A DNA stretch of 64,000 bases, taken from contig NC_091984.1 of the NCBI RefSeq assembly GCF_044704955.1, positions 145,824,001 through 145,888,000 of the forward strand, given 5' to 3'. Positions 38,891 through 49,826 of this stretch are shown in pieces; the first letter of the stretch is position 1, and every line of letters starts with the position of its first letter. The position numbers and the translations under genes were made by a program. The stretch is from Pristiophorus japonicus (lineage: Eukaryota). The notes below the pieces were generated by a model, which worked only from the letters and a program-made list of their open reading frames with translations, made no database searches and had not been told where the DNA came from.

Positions 38891-40139
38891 GGTTCTGGTC
38901 AATGCATATCCCGTCTGCTGCTGGAAGTGTGACTGGAGATGTCTTCAGTTCACGTTGTTTATCGCCATATTCTCAAATTGTATCACTCACTTCTTTCCCT
39001 GTCTCCACACCCCGAGTCATCGCCATTTCTGAAGCGGGAGTTACATTCATCTAAATCCATGTTCAGTGTGAGTGTAAACTCCAGAGTATCAAATGGTCTG
39101 TGATTGTATTCTTGCAGTCCTTACAGTCCCCGGCAAGTCACTGTAAGCTGTTACTAATTGTGTGAATCCGTGCCCACTGTATTACTGCCCTTCTGCCGGC
39201 TCTGGGAACTTGCTGTTTGCCCTGCACTCAGTATTTGTTGCTGATTTCCGGTTAGTGTCAGAAATTCAGAAATATCACCTGCTCCCTTTTCTCTCTCCCT
39301 TTGGAATATGTGTATTGTTATTATAATGCTCTTTTAACCTACAACTAAAGAACCCAGTGATGTTGTACCTTGTGTGTGTCAGGGTGATGTCTCTCAGTGA
39401 GAATGGGAGGATTCACACAGTGGCCTGTTGTCAGTTTATGTAGTGGCAGATCTGTGGCAGAGACAGGGAGCCGGGCTGTGCTGGGAGAATCGGGCTGGCC
39501 TTCCCCTGCTGACTTTCTCTGCCTCCCTTCTCTCCCTCACCTTTAACTGGGACTGACAGTAACTGTACTCCATGACAAGTCACACGGTTTGAACTGACAT
39601 TGATTTATATTACTCGGTATTCTCGGGAACGGAAGTAAGTATCTGCTGAGAGCCGGCGATGGGCCAACACTGTTAGTGTGTCAGTCACAAGTGTTACATC
39701 ACACTGTAGTTCTGGGAAATGAAAGGGAATCTGTGTTGTGTGGGTCGCCGTTCACAGTTCCGTGTTGTCAAGGAGCTCCTGAAACCAAGTCCAGGAGAAA
39801 GTCCACTTGTGGTTCATGGCCGCAAAAAATCCATGATTATAAATTTGCCGTCAGGTATAAAACACATTGCAATGTGAATATTCGGAAGATTGCACGGACA
39901 GTCAATCCTGAAACAGACGGGATGGAGAGTGGATCAAATATACACATTAAAGTAAAGCAGTAATGGTATTATTTTTATTTTGAGCTGATAACATTGGTGC
40001 TTAGATTCGATGAGTGTTGGACATTGCTTTCTGAGTCTCGATCCTTGTACAACCCTGGAAAATAGAAACATGTGTCTTTGTTCGCAATCGTTTTATAACC
40101 AGATGAATTGTTAATGAAGTGTCACCACAGTTTAAAATA

Positions 40140-40870
40140 AGAACATAAGAAATAGGAGCAGGAGCAGGAGTAGCCCGTACGGCCCCTCGAGCCTGATCTG
40201 CCATTTAATACGATCATGGCTGATCCAATCATGGATTCAGGTCCACTTCCCTGTCTGCTCCCCATAACCCCTTATTCCCTTATCATTTAAGAAACTCTAT
40301 TTCTGTCTTAAATTTGTTCAATATCCCAGCTTCCACAGCTCCCTGAGGCAACAAATTCCACAAATCCACAACCCTCTGAGAGAAGAAATTTCTCCTCATC
40401 TCAGTTTTAAATGGGCGGCCCTTATTCTAAGATTATGCCCTCTAGTTCTAGTCTCTCCCATCAGAGGAAACATCCTCTCTGCATCCACCCTGTCAAGCCC
40501 CCTCATAATCTTATACGTTTTGATAAGATCACCTCTTATTCTTCTGAATTCCAATGAGTAGAGGCCCAACCTACTGAACCTTTCCTCATAAGTGAACCCC
40601 CTCATTTCCGGAATCAACCTAGTGAACCTCCTCTGAATTGCCTCCAAAGCAAGTATATCCTTTTGTAAATATGGAAACCAAAACTGCATGCAGTATTCCA
40701 GTTATGGCCTCACTAATACTCTGCACAACTATAGCAAGACTTCCCTACTTTTATACTCCTTCCTGTTTGAAATAAAGGCCAATATTCCATTGGCCTTCAT
40801 GATCACTTGCTGTACCAGTATACTAAGCTTTTGTGTTTCATGCACAAGTACCCCCAAGTTCCGCTGTACT
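40140..40870 (-). mobile_element. CR1 LINE 3' end
   Basis: QFWFPYLQKDILALEAIQRRFTRLIP..RGDLIKTYKI; same subfamily as 4627-5350. Confidence 0.9.
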
Positions 40871-41446
40871 TAAATATAACTCTGTTTAAGTAGGGCAGGC
40901 CAAAATTAATAACTCACTGAAACTCTGCTCGAATTGTTGCATAAATTAGTGGTTTGACGAATAATGGTTTGGGTGACTTAATTTAGAAATTTTTTCATGC
41001 TGCCGACTTTAGATCAATAAATTATTGACAAGTTTTGCTCATTGCAAAATATCAGTAACATTGCAAAATATTACCTGCTGATATTTGCTGGCACCGTCAA
41101 GGGGTCACAATACTGAAAGATGTTGCCGAGCAACACTGTGGGTGCATTCACCAGGTGGACTGCAGCGATTGAAGAAGTGGCCCCACCCCCACCTTCTCAA
41201 GGGCAACTAGACGGGATTCCCCATCTATTGTCCCCAATTCCGGGGTCCTCATCTTTTTATCTGTTATTTCCCACGATACTTCTGTATCCATGGCAACACC
41301 CCCACCCCCATAATCAATAGACTCAACTTATATTCTCCTAAAATCACCTGATACAATTTGCTTCTAAAAGTCTATTGTGTAACCTCAGTTGTACAGGAAT
41401 ACAGTTACTTATTCCATCTCAGTTCCCTTACTGTGCTCAGGCTCTC

Positions 41447-41634
41447 NNNNNNNNNNNNNNNNNNNNNNNNNNNNNNNNNNNNNNNNNNNNNNNNNNNNNN
41501 NNNNNNNNNNNNNNNNNNNNNNNNNNNNNNNNNNNNNNNNNNNNNNNNNNNNNNNNNNNNNNNNNNNNNNNNNNNNNNNNNNNNNNNNNNNNNNNNNNNN
41601 NNNNNNNNNNNNNNNNNNNNNNNNNNNNNNNNNN
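41447..41634. other. Assembly gap (188 N)
   Basis: Run of N. Confidence 1.
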
Positions 41635-43682
41635 TTGTCTCTGTCCCTTCCTCTCTCTATAGATCTCCAATTATCGTTCTGTCCCTTCCTCTCTCCAACT
41701 CTCTCGTTCCGTATGTCTCGCTTTCTCTATCTCAACAACAACTTGTATTTATATAGTGCCTGTAACGCAGTAAAACACCCCAAGGCCCTTCACAGCAGTG
41801 TTATAAGACAAAACAGATAAATTTGACATGAGCCACATAAGGAGATGTCAGGGCAGGTGACCAAAAGCTGGGTGAGAGAGGTCGTTTTTATCTTTTCTTT
41901 CTCCTTCCCTCTCTTCATCTATCAATCTCTGGCTTTTTCTCTCTCTATCTGTCTCTCCCCCTCAATACACATTAACCCATAATATGCCTTAGCAATATCA
42001 AGCTGATAACCGGTTATCTGACCAACTATCCCACACATCAAAGGCATCTGAGTCAAACAGTCCTGAATAGCGCATCTAATGTGGATTGATTTGGAAGCCC
42101 GGGTACATATAGTGTCCATACTCCCTGCAATGTACTCTTGGACAGCCCTCCACACCAGGGCGATCAATTCTCCACAGTGATCATGGGTCACAGGAAGATT
42201 ACACATGGGTCCAATTCACAGGTAAGACTTTTGCAGTCATTGACCGCAATCGTTGTGTATGAGTCTCGGTATGTAGCTTCCTGTCCTGTGTGGAACCACA
42301 TCCTCTATAGTCACTTTCAATGGTCTATGCTGTGAACAAGGGATCACTAACATTACCTCGCTCTGAAGTTTGCTGCATTGTCAGAGGTGTCAAAGCGAGC
42401 TAGGGATTGTGACTCTGGTTGCATGGTGTTTGGATGGTCCATTTGATCCTGGGTTAATATATCAAGGGAAGGTTGTGTTGTTGCTGCTTACTGATCACCT
42501 TCTCCCCCTTGTGGTCATTGCTGCACTTTCCCCACATGGTGTTGCACTGTTGAAGTCGCAGATGAGAAAAACCTGCCTTTGTGAGCGAGGCAAAGTCTGT
42601 TGACCATGTGAGCTCTGTGATCTATTTAGCACTCAAATCACTGACTCCACACAGTCTGGTGTTGTAGTAACTGCTGTGACCTTAGTCCTTTATTGTTTAA
42701 CTCCAGAGTGTCTCTCAGGTGTGGTGGGCAGCCTTTTATACTCTGTCTTGCAGGTACTTTCAGCTCTCCCATCACAGTGCCATCTGTGGCACACCATTGT
42801 AACCATACATTTAATGTACCTGGACAATACATAACATCTCACTCCCCCCCCAATTCCAAAAGCCTTTGCCGGTAACCTCGGCATTGTTCGTCCTGGTTGA
42901 TTTGTGAGTATAAGTCCATGACCATCCACTTCACTCTTCTTCCCATGTAGAGATTATGCTTGCGATCCAGTGCAAGCATGTGGTATTTGCAGTCCTTACA
43001 TGGGTGATGAAGTACACGAGCATAACCTCCAACAGAAAGCAGGTATACATAGACAGTACATTTGTATGGTACATATAGATGCATTGAAGAATTATAACAA
43101 AAGGTTGCAGGTACACTGAACAGTTATTTAATCCCAGCTCCACTGGGTGAGGTACAGTGGGGCCATAGAGCCCCTTTTTGCCTGAGGTAATGGGCTGCGC
43201 TGAGACAGGGTATCGCAACTAGTGCATTGCCTCTGTTCTCACAAAGTAGTCACCTTTGTGGCTCATCTGCAGCCGCTGAACCATTACATGAATCACCTAA
43301 AATCGGAAATCGCATTAGTCCATTAGTCATGTTAGTCACAGATCCATTAGCCCTTTTACTTGTACCTTGTGGTAATAACTCTTTTCGTAAATCATATCGA
43401 TCATTTTAAACACAGTAATCATTTCAGCTTCAAAATATTAACTTGTGTCATAAATCACGTCATCATACAAATCACATTACTCATTTAGACTCGCTCTTGC
43501 CTTACAAGGGCCAAGGGCCCTTTTAAGACTCCAGGGTTCATTTCCCTTTTAAGACACCATCTTGTTTTTCCCACGAGACTTCCACTGGGCTCCGTCATTT
43601 TAGGTGCTCTGCTTGCCTTTCTCTGGAGAACTCTGCTGCCACGAGGCTCGCCACCATCTTGAGCTCGCTGTGCCCTTTTACA

Positions 43683-44290
43683 TTGAAACAACTCCGCCAA
43701 CAGTTGCAGCCAATTACAGAAAAGGAGGTTCCAAGCCAAAAGAGACGTAGCGTACCTGAAGAAATGGTAGGTGGTGGGTGGGGGGGCCTGATCCATCCAC
43801 CTCCATGGCACGAACCTGGTATTGCAGTGCTTCCAGGAACGGTGCAGTGGCTCTAGGCCTTTTGGCTAAGAGCATTGGCGCAGAGTGATCCTTGATGTGT
43901 GCAAGGTGACCTCTGGCGTTTGTGATTTGACAAAGAATTGGAACGATTGGCTACAAATTAAAAAAAAAATACCTGAAGAAATGGTACAGAAAAGGCGTCG
44001 GTTAAACACTCATTTTGTTGAGGAGGAACTTCCTGCAATTACTGAACCAATTGAGGATGTGAATGGCTTGACTGCACTGCTGAGCGAGTTGGGGAAGAAA
44101 AATGTGAATCCCGTTTCTGCTCTATCTATTTTGCAAGCGCAGAGGATGCCATCTGCATTTCCAAAAGGTGGAGAATTCAGAGGCTTCTGGCATGACATGT
44201 TACTTTCTTCGTGCAGTTGTGGATGGGGTTGAGTTTAAAGAAGGAATAGGTGTCAGCAAAAATAAATGGCCAAGAACAATTGTGCTGAAG
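43683..44290 (+). pseudogene. Captured ADAD1/ADAD2-like (dsRNA-binding domain) mRNA fragment, antisense to the LTR element and split by a SINE
   Basis: KNVNPVSAL..QAQRM /frameshift/ YFLRAVVDGVEFKEGIGVSK resembles the ADAD1 dsRBD as recalled ([36 protein letters not shown]); the frame runs through once the SINE is removed. Confidence 0.65.
43770..43969 (+). mobile_element. U2/U1-chimeric SINE, 5'-truncated (copy S3)
   Basis: U2 3' motif acctggtattgcagtgcttccaggaacggtgca, family tail, poly(A); 17-bp TSD tacctgaagaaatggta at 43753-43769 and 43970-43986. Confidence 0.9.
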
Positions 44291-44560
44291 CCGAAACCGC
44301 GGGACGCTTGGGTGTCCTTGATCACTCACACCTCGGAGATCTGCCCGTACCTGGAGAGCACTTCTTCCAGGGCCGGCTCGTCTGTGTTGAGATTTAGACC
44401 GCCGATGAACAGATTTCCTTCTCCGGACCCTTTTGCGAGGTTGGTTTGCTGGGTGTTTTCTCTGCTGAATTCTAGCCTGCTGCTGCCTATCAGTTCACTC
44501 TCGACTCTCTCTCGGGATCTACCACACTTGACCGTACCCGCGAACAATAACACACCGGCC
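44283..44560 (-). pseudogene. CIRBP: Captured CIRBP/RBM3-like mRNA 5' fragment (putative 5' UTR plus N-terminal half of the RRM)
   Basis: [46 protein letters not shown] versus CIRBP [49 protein letters not shown] (RNP2 and RNP1); the upstream boundary is approximate. Confidence 0.8.
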
Positions 44561-46399
44561 CCCGCACCGCTGCATCCACAGGAGCCGGCCTCTGCCCGCG
44601 GGCCAACGGTGCCTGCTGGAGCAGCCCGTCGAAGCCCTTCTTTCTCCTCCAGCTCAGTCGGCGCTGCTCTTTGGGAATCCGGGGAACAGTGGTCTGTGGA
44701 GGAATGAAGTCTTCCCAGCTCCCACGGACCTTCCCCATCCACCTCCTGCTGAGTAGCACCGGCCCATCGCCTGCAATGATCCACAAAGATAAACCGCGCG
44801 TCTCGCCCCCGTGATATACCTGCACATCGGCTCTGCCAAGAACAGGTATCAGTTCCTTGGTGTAGGTGCACAGCTTTGCCGTGACCGGGACCAGCTTGGG
44901 TCGTGCAGCTGGGTTGATCCACAGTTTATCAAAAGTTTCCTGACTCATCATCGACTGACCCGATCCAGTGTCCACTTCCATACTCATTGGGACTCCGTTA
45001 ATCTTGACTTCCAAAACCACTGGGGCTGAATCGTTGGTACAAGTATACAGTCCAAACGCCTCATCTTCTTCAAGTCGAGGTCATAAATGCCCGGCTGATG
45101 ATGATGGCTTGCTGCAGGCTGACTGTAGGTTCAGTGGATAGCAGCTTGTGAAGGAGACCCTCATGGCCAATCCCCATAACAAAAACATCTCGCAACGCCT
45201 CTTCAAGGTGTGTGCCTAAATCACATGGCACCGCGAGTCTCCTGATGTCCGCAGCATATTTGGTGACATCCTGGCCCTCAGGTCTGCAGTGGTGGTAGAA
45301 TTTGTGCCTGGCCGTGAGGATGCTCTCCTTCAGTTTCAGTTGGTCACGAATAAGTTCAATCAGCTCCTCATATGACTTGTCCTTGGTGCTCGCGGGTGCC
45401 AGCAAATACCTGACGAGACAGTAAACCTCATCGCCACAACTGGACAGCAATATCGCCTTACGCTTCTCTCTCAGTGCGTTCGTGTCCCTCGTCAGGTCGT
45501 TTGCTATAAAGTAGTACTCGAGCCTTTCCATAAAGGCCTCCCAATCATTACCCACTGTAAAATCCTTTAGCGAGCCCAGAGTAGCCATGGTTGTGTGAAG
45601 CTCATCCGTGCCCTCATCACCAATGTGATGTATGTAGCACTCAAATCGCTGACTCCACACGGTCTGGTGTTGATATAACTGCTGTGACCTTAGTCCTTTA
45701 TTGTGTAACTCCAGAGTGTCTCTCAGATGTGGTGGGCAGCCTTTTATACTCTTGCAGGTACTTTCAGGTCTCCCACCACAGCGCCCTCTGTGGCGCACCA
45801 TTGTAACCTTACATTTAATGTACCTGGACAATGCAGAACAAGCTCTTCACCTGGTGGATTGTAAACATAGACTGCTGCTGCTTGGACCAGTTGACCCCTT
45901 CTAACATGCTGTCTGAAGCGCTGTCGTCCCCAGTCTTTCGTCACGGCCCCCAGTTTGAGAATAAAATTTGACAACTGCGACCAGCGGCTGGTAATGTGCT
46001 CCTTTCTGATCCTGGACACAAACCCAGCCAGCAGTGCTCACCCTCCGTGCTCTCCATTTTACACTGATCACATTCCAGGCCTGCTTCATGCTCACTGCTG
46101 CCCATTCATTATCTCTCTCCCAGTTTACAATCCAACACTTATCACTTGTTTGTCGCTTTCTCAGGTTTTATTTTCATTACTTAATTTGTTCTTCCGTCAC
46201 AGTAATGCTGCTTATTTTAATTATGTATATTTTTTTGTAATTATGACCAAATATGATGTCGCGTTCCATTTGCTGGTGTAATGAAACGGCCGGTAATTTA
46301 ATGCGAGCTGCTCCTGTTTGCACCACACTTCCCATCAAGTTGTGGCGACGGAGCGAGAGCAGCTCCCAGTAAATTCCCAGAGTCTTTGATTCACAGCAT

Positions 46400-48560
46400 C
46401 AGATATTCACACAACAGTACAGCAGAGAAGGGGCCATTCGGCCCATCGATCTGCGCTGGCTCTTACAAAGAGCAATCCAGTTGTCCCACTCCCCTGCTCT
46501 TTCCCCATATCCATGCAACATTTTCTCCTTCAAATATTTATCCAGTTCCCTTCACAAGTTTACCGTTGAATCTGTCTCCACCAACCTCAGGCATTGCATT
46601 CCAAATCCCAAGCCGTTGGTAAAAAAGCCTGTCCCCATGTCGCCTCTCATTTTGTGAACAAGTGTGTAACAATTACAATGCTCCAGTCCTCTGGCACCAC
46701 CCTTGTGTGTAATGCGGATTGAAAGATTGCAGCAAGCCCCCTGCAATTTCTACCCTGACTTCCGTCAGCAACCTAGGAAGCTTCCCACCCACACCGGGTG
46801 ACTCCCCCACTGTAAGTAATGCCCGCCTTTCTTACTTCCTGTTCATCTATTTTATCTCACCTGCTTAATATCCTTATTTACCAGAGTGTTGGCAAAGTCT
46901 GCTTCTTTGGTAAACATTGATACAAGTTGCTCATTTAGTACATCAGCCATGCCTGCTGCCTCCACCAATAGATCTTCATTTCAGTCCCTAATCGGCCCCA
47001 CCACCCCTCTGACAACCCTTTTACTGTTAATATGCCGATAGAAGACTTTGGATTTATTTATATCTCAGACGCCAATATAATGGTGTCCTGTGGCTTTGCC
47101 CCTCTTATTCTCCTTTGTACTTCCCCTCTGTACTTTTTATTATTCTGCCTGATTCTCCCTTGTATTATCAAGCTGACCTCTGTCATATGCCCCATTTTTC
47201 TGCTTCATCCTACTCTCTAACTCCTCTTCATCCCCAGGGAGATCTGGCTTTGGCTGCCGTCCCTTCCCCCTGTGGGATTGTACATAGTCTGTACCGGGAC
47301 CATCTTCTCTTTAAATGCCACCAATTTCTCCAGTATGTTTCTGACTGTCAGTCTATGACTCCAATTTATCCAGGCCAGATCTCTCCCCAATTCCCTGAAA
47401 TTAGCCCAACTCCAGTTAAGTATTTTTATTATAGATTGTTCCTCTTTCATCAAATCTAATCTAAACCTTCCTCTATAATGATGGCTATTCCCGGGATGTT
47501 CCCCACTGTGACATGCTCCACTTAACCCAATCCATGTCCCAGGGCTAGGTCCAGCAGTGCCTCCTTGCTCGTTGGGCAGGAAATATATTGTACAAGAAAA
47601 TTCTCCTGCACACACATTAAAAAGTCTTCCCCTTCTCTGCCTTTTATCCAATCACTGTCCCAGTCAATATTGGAAAGTGAAATTCTCCCATTCCCACTGC
47701 TCGACAGTACTTAGTCATTTCTGGGGGAATCTGCTCCTCTATCTCCTTCCCAATATTTGGTGGCCTGTGAAATACACCAAGTAGTGTAATAGCTACTTTA
47801 TTCTTCCTTAACTCCAAACAACTAGTTTCTGTCTGTGACCCCTCGAGAACATCCTCTCTTCCCAGCACTGTAATATTTTCCTCATTCCAAACTGCCACCC
47901 ATTCCCCATTCTCCATCCCCTTCCTTACCCAATACCTTCTGCATTGAAACATTCAACATCCAATCCTTCCCTTTTTTGAGCCAAGTCCCAGTTATCAGCA
48001 CAAGCATTGTAATCCCACTTGTCATTTGCGATTGCAGCTCATCAAACATATTAACCACATTTTATGCAACTGCAGACATGCACTCCAAACCCAACTTGGA
48101 ATTCTTTCATAGTTGTTATGATGCCACCAATTCTGTATTATTTCTAACTCTCTCTTTCTAACTCTCCCGGTCCTCTGTTCACAATGTTTCTACTTTTTAA
48201 TACTCCTTCTTGTTGCCCAGCTCCCCAGACTAATTAGTTTAAACCCTCCCCCACAGCACTAGCGAACCTGTCCAAAAGGATATTGGTCACAGCTTTGTTC
48301 AGTTGCAATCTGCCCAACTTGCACAGGTCCTTCCTGCCACAGAACTGGCCCCAATGTCCCAGGAATCTGAAGCACTCCCTCCTGCACCACCTCTCTAGCC
48401 ACGTATTAACCTGCCATATTTCTACTCTAACTAGCGTGTGTCACTGGATCAGAGATTACTACCTTTGAGATCCTGCTATATAAATCCTTCCCTTGTTCCA
48501 TAAGCTCTGACTGCAAGATGTCTACCCTTTTCCTCCCTATGTCGCTGGTTCTGACATGGA
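46400..48560 (-). mobile_element. Old degenerate CR1 LINE pieces (endonuclease region and 3' end)
   Basis: LELRKNKVAITLLGVFHRPPN..MGEF; WANFRELGRDLAWINW. Confidence 0.7.
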
Positions 48561-48860
48561 CCACTGCTTCTGGCTCTTCATCTCCCCCAAGTGCACACCC
48601 TCACCCCACCTCAGCACTTTTGGAACATTCTCCATGATGTCTCTGCCCCTTGCACCAGGGAGTACATACCATATACTTTAACTCACACCCTTCACATGTT
48701 TCACTGCAATTCCATGTTACAATCGCTCTCCAGTAGACAGATCCAGCAGGAATAAAGCATCAAGTTCCCATCCGGATTCTGCAGTAAAGCTGTACATTTC
48801 ACCCAAACACTCTGAAAGGCCTAATGTGTTGTACCCTTTCTGTTTGTTTCCCATTTACAG

Positions 48861-49774
48861 CTAACGTGATGACGATTGTGATCCTGTCCCGGGGAAAGTG
48901 TGATCTCTCCGGATGTGTCACTCGCTACCTGGTGGCCATGGCAACAGCTGATCTACTGGTCATTATCGTTGACGTGATACTGTATTGGATTAATGATTAT
49001 TATTTCCCTCCTACCTTCCTGTTGATCACCCCTGTGTGCTCTGTCCAACGTGCCCTAAAAGATGCCGTCACAGACATTTCTGTCTGGTTAACCGTCGCTG
49101 TCACTTTCGATCGATTTGTTACCATTTGTTGTCAGAAGCTGAGGACTAAATATTGCACCAAGAAAACGGCCGCCATGGTGATAGGAACCGTGTCTCTGCT
49201 GTTCTGTTTAAAACCATTCCCTGGTACTTTGTAATGGAACCCTACTATACAATCGACAACATATCCTGGGGCTGCCGTGGTAAACTAGAGCATTATCCTG
49301 CAACTGCTTGGGTAGCATTTAGCTGGATTCCCCGCTGTGTCACCCCACTGCTCCCGATATTGCTGATATTGTTGCTCAATGCTCTGACTGTACGACACAT
49401 TTTGATGGCCAGCAGAGTCTGCAGGAGGCTGAGGGGCAGCAGGAATGATGTGAATCACAAAGATCCAGAGATGGAGAAGTGAAGGAAATCCATCATCTTG
49501 CTCTTCGCTATATCCGGCAACTTCATCCTGCTCTGGGTGGTGAACGTGATAGTTTTTTTACTCACCTGAATTACAAAAAATTATTATTCAACAGGTGTCA
49601 AAGACCCGCTGTTGATCACCGATCAAACCGCCTACATGCTCCTGCTCTTGAGTAGCTAGCTGCACAAACACGGGTATTTATGCAGTGACCCAGACTAAAT
49701 TCCGAGAGGAGCTGAAGAATGGGGCGAAATATCCACTGAATCAAATATTGAGATTAGTTAAACATGCACAATAA
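48861..49774 (+). pseudogene. GPR139/GPR142-like class A GPCR pseudogene, main coding exon
   Basis: Acceptor ccatttacag at 48860; ANVMTIVILSRGKC..YLVAMATADLLV..SVWLTVAVTFDRFVTIC..LLNALTVRHIL..SCTNTGIYAVTQTKFREELK; frameshifts near 49210 and 49657; stops at 49480 and 49567. Confidence 0.85.
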
Positions 49775-49826
49775 CAGGACAATGACCAGCATTAGACTTC
49801 TCTCTCTTAGACCGTCCCCCAGAGTT

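Larger units (their letters stand above)
42616..45840 (-). mobile_element. Non-autonomous Gypsy-like LTR retrotransposon, copy A2 (same family as 87-3045), carrying host-derived cargo
   Basis: LTRs 45624-45840 and 42616-42836; TSD AGCTC at 42611-42615 and 45841-45845; gag MATLGSLKDF and PR MEVDTGSG match A1; the zinc-knuckle region is deleted. Confidence 0.93.

Noticed and set aside
39160-39200. Ig V segment end (tattactgc, YYC)
   Set aside because: No V framework upstream (no WYQQ or D-x-A motif) and no heptamer/nonamer downstream.
41358-41820. ORFs spanning poly-X
   Set aside because: Artefacts of the N-gap.
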